DNA of 24,000 bases from Sulfolobus sp. S-194. Its GTDB lineage: Archaea > Thermoproteota > Thermoprotei_A > Sulfolobales > Sulfolobaceae. This document shows, piece by piece, positions 9,639 to 15,717 of this stretch; the stretch's first letter is position 1; each line of letters opens with the position of its first letter. The DNA lies in assembly GCF_012222305.1 (NCBI RefSeq), contig NZ_CP035730.1, forward strand, positions 2,606,945 to 2,630,944. The letters are read 5' to 3'. Below the pieces are notes generated by a model, which searched no databases, was not told the origin of the DNA, and saw nothing but the letters and a program-made list of their open reading frames with translations. The position numbers and the translations under genes are program-made.

Positions 9639-10628
9639 GTGTCTTTAATACCAATAATTTATTCAGATGTTTATTTATTACATAAGCCCAAATATACGCA
9701 TTCAGAGAATCCAGATAGGATAAAACGCGCTCTGGCAGAGTTAAAAGATTATCCCATAATTTCCCCGCAAAAGGTATCTGAAGAAGAAGTTAAATTAATT
9801 CATGATGAAGATTATATTAACCTAGTTAAATCATCTAGCAAAAAGGAGAGCATGATCGATCCCGATACTTACACTAGCAAAGAAACATTTGATGTAGCAC
9901 TCTACGCTCTAGGTGGGGCATTAAAAGCATTTGAGACTAATGGGTTCGCTTTGTTAAGACCTCCAGGTCATCATGCTGGTAGGTTCGGAAGGGCATTCAG
10001 TGCTCCAACACTAGGTTTTTGTATTTTCAATAACATCGCTTTTCCTATAAGAAAATACGCCTTAACGAGAGTATTAATTATCGATTTCGATGTGCATTAC
10101 GGTAACGGGACTCAAGATATATTCTGGAACGATTCAGAGATTGTGCATATAGATATTCATCAAGATCCAAGAACCATATATCCTGGTACTGGCTTCCCTG
10201 ATATGATCGGAGGAAAAAATGCTGAAGGCACAAAGATTAATCTATTAATTCCACCATTAGGAGGAGACGATTTATATGAAGAGTTAATACCTATCATACA
10301 ATCTATAATTGACGACTTTAAACCTAAAATAATAGCCTACTCTGCTGGTTTTGATGCTTTTGAAGGCGACGGACTTGCTAGTGTAAGGGCCACTGAGTGG
10401 ACATATTATAATATGGGTTTGCTTTCAAATAGGTTTGAAAGGAAATATGGAGTCCTTGAAGGCGGTTATAGCGTAGGTCTAATAAGGGGACTTAAGGCGT
10501 TTATATACGGATTACAAGGAGAAAAGAAGGTGTATTCTAAGAATACATCATCAGATGCTGTTAAGAGTAGATTCAGAAATTATGTATCTGAAGAAAAGAG
10601 GATATTAAGAGAATTCTGGAAAATTTAG
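9639..10628 (+). CDS. Histone deacetylase / acetoin-utilisation (AcuC) / acetylpolyamine amidohydrolase family protein
   Basis: This is a track ORF with a GTG start. HDAC-family motifs are present: RPPGHHAG, DFDVHYGNGTQ, GFDAFEGDGL and LEGGY. Confidence 0.88.
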   Translation: MSLIPIIYSDVYLLHKPKYTHSENPDRIKRALAELKDYPIISPQKVSEEEVKLIHDEDYINLVKSSSKKESMIDPDTYTSKETFDVALYALGGALKAFETNGFALLRPPGHHAGRFGRAFSAPTLGFCIFNNIAFPIRKYALTRVLIIDFDVHYGNGTQDIFWNDSEIVHIDIHQDPRTIYPGTGFPDMIGGKNAEGTKINLLIPPLGGDDLYEELIPIIQSIIDDFKPKIIAYSAGFDAFEGDGLASVRATEWTYYNMGLLSNRFERKYGVLEGGYSVGLIRGLKAFIYGLQGEKKVYSKNTSSDAVKSRFRNYVSEEKRILREFWKI

Positions 10629-11458
10629 CAAGTATAATAGCACTTTAATGCTAAATTATATGCAGCATTAAAGTCTCTATCTGCTTTGAATCCGCATGCT
10701 GGGCATACAAATAAAGGTCCTAAGACTTCTCCTTTTTTGAATCCGCAGTTTGAGCAAATTTTACTTGTATTATAAGGATCAACTAACTTATACTTTATAC
10801 CCCTGGAGTATAATTGTTGTTCTAGTTCTATTTCAATATTTCTTAAAGTATTTCCAACCTTATTTTCAAATATTCTTAAATCTTCTAAAGCTACGATCTT
10901 AGGGTTTAATTCATCAATGAAATTTACTATATCGTTTATTACCTTTCTAACCTTACTTCTAATGTTTTTTATTTCACTAACTCCTTGAGGATCTCCTAGG
11001 ATTTTAATCATTTCATCAGTGATCAGTTCTTTTCCCCAAAACCTAGTCTTCCATAGTTTTCCATTTCTCAAAGCTACAATTGTAATTAGATGTCTTACTC
11101 CAATATCTACCCCCACAATAGATCGAGGTTTTTCATATGCTAAGTAAACCTTAATGTTGTTTGTAAAATCGATAACCGCATATAGTGGTATCTCTTCTCT
11201 TTCACTTTTTACTATGGCATTTATTCCTTTTAATTTGTAAGGATTATTACCTATTATTTCTATTGGTCCGTATTTCACTTCATTAGAATTTAACGCTAAA
11301 TAATACAGTTCTTTTGGTATATTATGTGGTGGTGGTCCTACATCTTGTCCTTTCATTTTCAAAATTTTAGAATATTGTCTTATAAATTGGACTTCCTTAT
11401 ATAATTCCCTCAATGTTCCGTAATCTATAATTTTAGCTTCAACTAATTCCTCATTCAT
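10625..11458 (-). CDS. tnpB: Compact solo TnpB-like (IS200/IS605 OrfB-type) RuvC nuclease with a zinc ribbon
   Basis: This is a track ORF of 277 aa. The candidate RuvC triad is GVDIG (D118), ALEDL (E192) and DRDFNAAYN (D260/D262). A CxxC...CxxC zinc ribbon (CSNCGF...CPACGF) sits between E and the last D, which is the order typical of TnpB/Cas12. No tnpA is adjacent, and there is no flanking non-coding DNA that could hold IS ends. Confidence 0.75.
   Translation of the reverse strand: MNEELVEAKIIDYGTLRELYKEVQFIRQYSKILKMKGQDVGPPPHNIPKELYYLALNSNEVKYGPIEIIGNNPYKLKGINAIVKSEREEIPLYAVIDFTNNIKVYLAYEKPRSIVGVDIGVRHLITIVALRNGKLWKTRFWGKELITDEMIKILGDPQGVSEIKNIRSKVRKVINDIVNFIDELNPKIVALEDLRIFENKVGNTLRNIEIELEQQLYSRGIKYKLVDPYNTSKICSNCGFKKGEVLGPLFVCPACGFKADRDFNAAYNLALKCYYTC
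10642..10674. repeat. Perfect 11-bp inverted repeat (hairpin with an 11-nt loop) inside the last 50 nt of the TnpB-like ORF, 14 nt past the deacetylase stop
   Basis: The left arm actttaatgct (10642-10652) is the exact reverse complement of the right arm agcattaaagt (10664-10674). The loop is aaattatatgc. I verified this base by base. Confidence 0.8.
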
Positions 11459-11477
11459 AAATATAAATTTGATTATC

Positions 11478-11485
11478 TATTTAAA
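11478..11485 (-). promoter_or_regulatory. TATA-like box for the TnpB-like gene
   Basis: The minus-strand sequence TTTAAATA lies 20-27 nt upstream of the ATG at 11458, within the 31-nt gap after the upstream gene's stop codon. This spacing is consistent with an independent, near-leaderless transcript. Confidence 0.4.
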
Positions 11486-11489
11486 TGTT

Positions 11490-12209
11490 TTAGCCAGATA
11501 TTTCATTAATTGAGCTAAAACTTAATTCTTCAACATTCTTACCTAAATAGTATCCAACAGTAGATGAAAATATATAGTTCTCATATCTATAAAGTTTATA
11601 ATATTCTTCAATTTCCTTCATTCTATTTTTATTATAATAATATCCAACAAGTATTCTAGGTCCTTCTTGGTTATTAAAAGTCAATAATGCAGAATTAAGA
11701 CTAGAGGCGTACTGAGAAAGAGCACTTAACGTTTCCAAGTAAGCAGTTTTAAAATCATTCTTCGAAGTATAGTTCCTTATTATTTCTAGGAAAAACAAAT
11801 AACTATCAGTTGAAGGGTAGTTAGGCTCGGAAAATGCCTTTCTGTTTATAGAGCCATTATGTGCGAAATATAAGTCGTGTGTAGGTAATCTATAATAGTA
11901 GGGATGATTATGTCTTACACCTAGAAGGAAGTTTTTCCCTGCTTTCCTAGCATGAAATATAGCATATATTTCATCTCCCTTAAGCAAATTCAGGTAATCA
12001 AAAAATAAAGGATCTTCATAAATAGGCTCATTAGTCTTATAATAAAGTACTTTCCACTTACTATTTTTTGAAATAAGCGATACAAATCCCCAGCCATCTG
12101 AATGTGAACCATATTTAAAATATACATCATTCTTGCTGGCGCTTAGAAAAGCTTTCAAAACCTTAAGATTTGGCTCTCCTTTTGCTTTAAAAGCAAGAAT
12201 TCTACACAT
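11490..12209 (-). CDS. Class II (Ntn-type) glutamine amidotransferase-domain protein, YafJ-like, stand-alone
   Basis: This is a track ORF. The N-terminus is MCRILAF, with the nucleophile Cys at position 2. The motifs FHARKAGKN...RHNHPY and FAHNGSI are typical of the GATase class II fold. Its start overlaps the upstream MBL gene by 8 nt. Confidence 0.7.
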   Translation of the reverse strand: MCRILAFKAKGEPNLKVLKAFLSASKNDVYFKYGSHSDGWGFVSLISKNSKWKVLYYKTNEPIYEDPLFFDYLNLLKGDEIYAIFHARKAGKNFLLGVRHNHPYYYRLPTHDLYFAHNGSINRKAFSEPNYPSTDSYLFFLEIIRNYTSKNDFKTAYLETLSALSQYASSLNSALLTFNNQEGPRILVGYYYNKNRMKEIEEYYKLYRYENYIFSSTVGYYLGKNVEELSFSSINEISG

Positions 12210-12900
12210 CTACCATCATACCATCATATGCTATAATATAACCCTTTGCTATTTCTTTAACTTGATTTTCTATTTGGGCTGGAATATGTGTTATAATTAA
12301 TTTATTGCGATCATACATATTTATGAGTTGCTTCAGTGAAGTATGTCCATATTGCTTGCAATCGTCTACACAACTACCTTCATGTATAATAAGGTCTGCA
12401 TCTTTTGCTTCATCTAATATAGCCTCGCAAGGTTCTAAAGTATCTCCAGTGTAAATAATCTTCTTTTTGCCGTCTGTTATTATATAAGAAACAGCATAAA
12501 TACTATGACATGCTTTAACGGAGTATATTTCTAGATCTCCAATTTTAGCTTTTGGAAGTTCGCTTTCTATCATATTTGCTGAAATGTTGTTACCACTTTT
12601 AACATATGAATCTAAGACTTTAAGAATTCCTGGTGGTGAATAAACTTGTATTTCTTTCATTCTTAATATTTTTCTTTGAACTAAATGGTCAAATAATCCA
12701 TTTATATGATCTATATGAAGGTGTGTAATGAAGATTGCTTCAAAATCTAAGAGGTTTAAATCCTCAATCTTAAAATTCGCCCCTGTGCCTAAATCTAATA
12801 ATACAGAAGTTCCTTCATTACTTTTGATGTATATAGAAGATTTAACCCTTTTTGAACCAAAAGTTGCCCCTGCACCCGTACCTATAAATATAATCTTCAT
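12202..12900 (-). CDS. Metallo-beta-lactamase-fold hydrolase (short RNase Z/ElaC-like)
   Basis: This is a track ORF. The motif FITHLHIDHINGL is present, and further His/Asp ligands lie downstream (ACHS, GDT, HEGS, GHTS). An SD-like GAGGGATGA sits 5-14 nt upstream of the ATG. Confidence 0.75.
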   Translation of the reverse strand: MKIIFIGTGAGATFGSKRVKSSIYIKSNEGTSVLLDLGTGANFKIEDLNLLDFEAIFITHLHIDHINGLFDHLVQRKILRMKEIQVYSPPGILKVLDSYVKSGNNISANMIESELPKAKIGDLEIYSVKACHSIYAVSYIITDGKKKIIYTGDTLEPCEAILDEAKDADLIIHEGSCVDDCKQYGHTSLKQLINMYDRNKLIITHIPAQIENQVKEIAKGYIIAYDGMMVDV

Positions 12901-12998
12901 AGGTCATCCCTCTCATTGACATCAACTAGGTCGTCACAACAAAGACCTACACATTCATGTTCCTCTGCTTCTTTTTCTTCATTTTTGTTAATTCTCAT
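12897..12998 (-). CDS. Speculative 33-aa acidic, Cys-containing micro-ORF (MRINKNEEKEAEEHECVGLCCDDLVDVNERDDL)
   Basis: This ORF is hand-translated and not in the track. The ATG at 12998-12996 lies 8 nt inside the 3' end of the kinase gene. The TGA at 12899-12897 overlaps the ATG of the MBL gene (ATGA). It exactly fills the only gap (87 nt) in an otherwise overlapping operon. It has no convincing SD and I know of no homolog. Confidence 0.25.
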   Translation of the reverse strand: MRINKNEEKEAEEHECVGLCCDDLVDVNERDDL

Positions 12999-13863
12999 TT
13001 TCTTCTTCAATTAAATCCTTCACCTCTTCATATTTAGGTCCTAAAGCTCCAATAATTGTAGTTGAATATGAAGCTAACTTATTTGCTATTCTTACAGCTG
13101 TTCTAAGATCATAATTTTTCTCTAGATATACGGCAAGAGTAGCATTGAACACGTCTCCTGCACCAGTTGTATCAACAGGATTTACCTTTATAGTTGGTAC
13201 TAAAATTTTTTCATGCTTAGTTGCTATTAGTGCACCTCTTTCTCCAAGTGTAATTATAACTGCTTTTTTTACTTTCTTTAGCAATAATTGAATTCCAGAT
13301 TCAATATCATCACTATTTGTAAGCTCCTTAAATTCTATCTCGTTAGGGGTTAGAATGTCAACATAATCTAAAATTGAAAAATCCTTAAGTATTGCTGGTG
13401 CAGGATTTAATATTCTTATTCCATTAAATTCCTTAAGTGCTTTTTTCACAACTCTTTCGTCTATCTCAAGTTGAGTAAGTAAAATATCTCCAGACAATGC
13501 ATTATCTATATCCTCTTCATTTAAAAGAGCATTAGCACCCCTATTTACAACTATCATATTTTCTCCTCTTGAATTTACAATTATGTATGCTGAACCAGTT
13601 ACACTATTTTTTATTTTTACATACGCTGTATCAATTCCCTCATCTTCCCAAAATCTTATTGCATTCTTTCCAAATTCATCATTACCTATTGCAGCTATTA
13701 TTCTAACTTTAGCCTTAAGTCTTGATGCAGATACTGCTTGATTCGATCCTTTTCCGCCATGATTTATATAGATTTCTTTTGCAAACACTGTTTCTCCTTC
13801 ATTTGGAAATTCTTCCACTTTAAGAATAAAATCTACATTATAACTTCCAACAACTGTAATCAT
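12988..13863 (-). CDS. PfkB-family carbohydrate kinase, ribokinase-like
   Basis: This is a track ORF. The motifs HGGKGSNQAVSASRL and DTTGAGDVFNATLA (the PfkB signatures) are present. The start overlaps the thiDN stop by 4 nt. Confidence 0.85.
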   Translation of the reverse strand: MITVVGSYNVDFILKVEEFPNEGETVFAKEIYINHGGKGSNQAVSASRLKAKVRIIAAIGNDEFGKNAIRFWEDEGIDTAYVKIKNSVTGSAYIIVNSRGENMIVVNRGANALLNEEDIDNALSGDILLTQLEIDERVVKKALKEFNGIRILNPAPAILKDFSILDYVDILTPNEIEFKELTNSDDIESGIQLLLKKVKKAVIITLGERGALIATKHEKILVPTIKVNPVDTTGAGDVFNATLAVYLEKNYDLRTAVRIANKLASYSTTIIGALGPKYEEVKDLIEEENEN

Positions 13864-15068
13864 GACTCGTTAATCCTCCTAAGTTTTTGTAAAATCTCGT
13901 CTACGGAATCTCCTACTAAATAAACTCCGCCATCAAGCATTACAATATCACTATCTAAGCCACTCTCAGATATTTTTAATAACCCTTTTTCTGATGCATC
14001 AAGAACCTTTTTAGTTAAAGCAATAGAAACACAAACTCTTTTATTAATCTTTCTTACCTTTGTACTTACATCATTTTCTATATTAATTAAAATAGGTCCG
14101 TCTAATTTAATCTTATTTAGATATTTGATTATTCCTCCAGCCAACGTAGCAACATCTTTATAATCAGTTAAAAATGCAACATTGATTTTAGTGTTGTCTT
14201 CAATCATTTGTAAAATCAATGATGGATCTTTCTCAAATTCCCAAAGTAATCTCTCAAGTTCTTCTCTTGCAAATTCCCTTTGTAATATTCTGTCTACTGG
14301 TGCAAAAGGATCTACTGGACCGTGACCTTGACCTAAATCTAAGGAGTATTTTATGCTTAATGTAACATATTCTTTAGCTTTTATCAATGCATCTTCTAGT
14401 TTTTCTCCTTTAGCCAAATACGCTGTTAAAGAAGCAGAAAATACATCACCACTTCCATGTGTATTTTTTGTATTTATAGGTTCTCCTTTTAGCTCTAACT
14501 CTTTTCCATCTACTATTGCGAAATCAAATCCGTCAAGATGGCTTCCTCCTTTTACTACTACATTCACGTTGAACATTTCATAAAGTTTCCTAGTTGCTTC
14601 TATGAGTGTTTTCTTATCAGTTATTTTTATTCCAGACAATTTTTCAGCTTCAAATTTATTTGGAGTAATTATTAGTGAGTGCTTAATGAGCTTCTTTAAT
14701 GCATCAGCAGTATCCTCAGTGACTAGAGGTGCACCAGATTTAGCTATCATAACTGGATCTAACACTAGAGATATATTATATTGTATGATTTTATTCATGA
14801 CAGCATTAATTACCTTACTAGAAGCTAACATTCCAGTTTTTGCATATTTTGGTTTTAAATCTACCATTACTGCGTCAAATTGTGCTTCAATAAACTTAGC
14901 TGGAACTTCTAAAACATTGGTAACGGAAAAAGTATTTTGTGCTGTTAACCCCGTTACAATAACAGTTCCAAAGACGCCTAGACTAGTAAAGGTTTTGAGA
15001 TCTGCTTGAAGTCCAGCACCACCACCTGAATCACTACCAGCTATTGTCATTGCTACTGGTCTAATCAT
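13860..15068 (-). CDS. thiDN: Bifunctional ThiDN: hydroxymethylpyrimidine/phosphomethylpyrimidine kinase (ThiD) fused to an archaeal ThiN-type thiamine-phosphate synthase domain
   Basis: This is a track ORF of 402 aa. The ThiD N-terminus is MTIAGSDSGGGAGLQADLKTF, with THGSGDVFSASL further on. A C-terminal extension of about 135 aa occupies the position of the ThiN domain. Confidence 0.85.
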   Translation of the reverse strand: MIRPVAMTIAGSDSGGGAGLQADLKTFTSLGVFGTVIVTGLTAQNTFSVTNVLEVPAKFIEAQFDAVMVDLKPKYAKTGMLASSKVINAVMNKIIQYNISLVLDPVMIAKSGAPLVTEDTADALKKLIKHSLIITPNKFEAEKLSGIKITDKKTLIEATRKLYEMFNVNVVVKGGSHLDGFDFAIVDGKELELKGEPINTKNTHGSGDVFSASLTAYLAKGEKLEDALIKAKEYVTLSIKYSLDLGQGHGPVDPFAPVDRILQREFAREELERLLWEFEKDPSLILQMIEDNTKINVAFLTDYKDVATLAGGIIKYLNKIKLDGPILINIENDVSTKVRKINKRVCVSIALTKKVLDASEKGLLKISESGLDSDIVMLDGGVYLVGDSVDEILQKLRRINES

Positions 15069-15101
15069 GAGATAAGAATAAGAATAAAAGAATATTTGTT
15101 T

Positions 15102-15713
15102 TTATTTATTTCTCTTGTAGGGGCATACAGAGGAATAGACGCAATAACTACATTCCCAGGGATACCTAGGTACTTTAGTTCTTTTTAGCGTCTCTTCAGC
15201 TAGTCTGATTACTCCTACCTCGTCTGCTGGTTCATTTACTTCATATTCAGTTACTCTGTCTGGAGTTATATACACTAGTAAACCTCTCTTTATTCCAGTC
15301 ATCCAAAGGTAAATTTGTAATTGAACTTTATGATGCTCATGTGGTAATCCCTTATCAGCCCTAGCACTTTTTATTTCAATTACTACTTTTTCTCCGTTAA
15401 TTTCGGCTATTGCGTCAATTCTTCCTTTTATCTTTACTTGTTTATTATTTATTGGAATTTCTTTTTCTATCTCAACCTCAACTTGAGAATTACTAAAGTT
15501 ATTTTTAATGAAGTTTTCTAATCCCTCATGTACCATATCGCCTAAAATCGTAGAGGGTGTGAAGACCTCTGAAATTGCTAGTTCTTTATACGTTTTTTCA
15601 TACTGGAGTTTTAGGGGACATCTTATTAAGTCTGTGACGTAAAGTGTATTATCATCCTTTGTATGCGTTAGATAATCTTCCAATTTCTTTTTAAAAATTT
15701 TTTCCACTAGCAT
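15102..15713 (-). CDS. cas4: Cas4-family (DUF83) PD-(D/E)xK exonuclease with a 4-Cys Fe-S cluster signature, stand-alone
   Basis: This is a track ORF of 203 aa. It has an N-terminal Cys (DLIRCPLKLQY), GRIDAI (motif II Asp), VIEIKS (ExK), VQLQIYLW (QhxxY) and a C-terminal CSYCVYSSVCP (CxxCx5C). No cas genes or CRISPR array are in the window. Confidence 0.8.
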   Translation of the reverse strand: MLVEKIFKKKLEDYLTHTKDDNTLYVTDLIRCPLKLQYEKTYKELAISEVFTPSTILGDMVHEGLENFIKNNFSNSQVEVEIEKEIPINNKQVKIKGRIDAIAEINGEKVVIEIKSARADKGLPHEHHKVQLQIYLWMTGIKRGLLVYITPDRVTEYEVNEPADEVGVIRLAEETLKRTKVPRYPWECSYCVYSSVCPYKRNK

Positions 15714-15717
15714 GTTT

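Noticed and set aside
10625-11489. Calling the TnpB-like gene a complete IS200/IS605 mobile element
   Set aside because: There is no tnpA, and there are only 31 nt upstream and no non-coding nucleotides downstream. I saw no left-end hairpin and no second copy in the window. Only the single 3' inverted repeat resembles an IS feature, so I annotated a CDS rather than a mobile element.
12728-15009. Track + strand ORFs 12728..12919, 13738..13923, 14353..14583 and 14602..15009
   Set aside because: They are antisense to the MBL, kinase and ThiDN genes, all of which have strong family motifs. They are shadow ORFs.
15069-15101. Possible TPP riboswitch or leader upstream of thiDN
   Set aside because: Only 33 nt separate thiDN from the preceding gene, which is far too short for a TPP aptamer. 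The stretch looks like a pyrimidine-rich terminator plus a TATA region.
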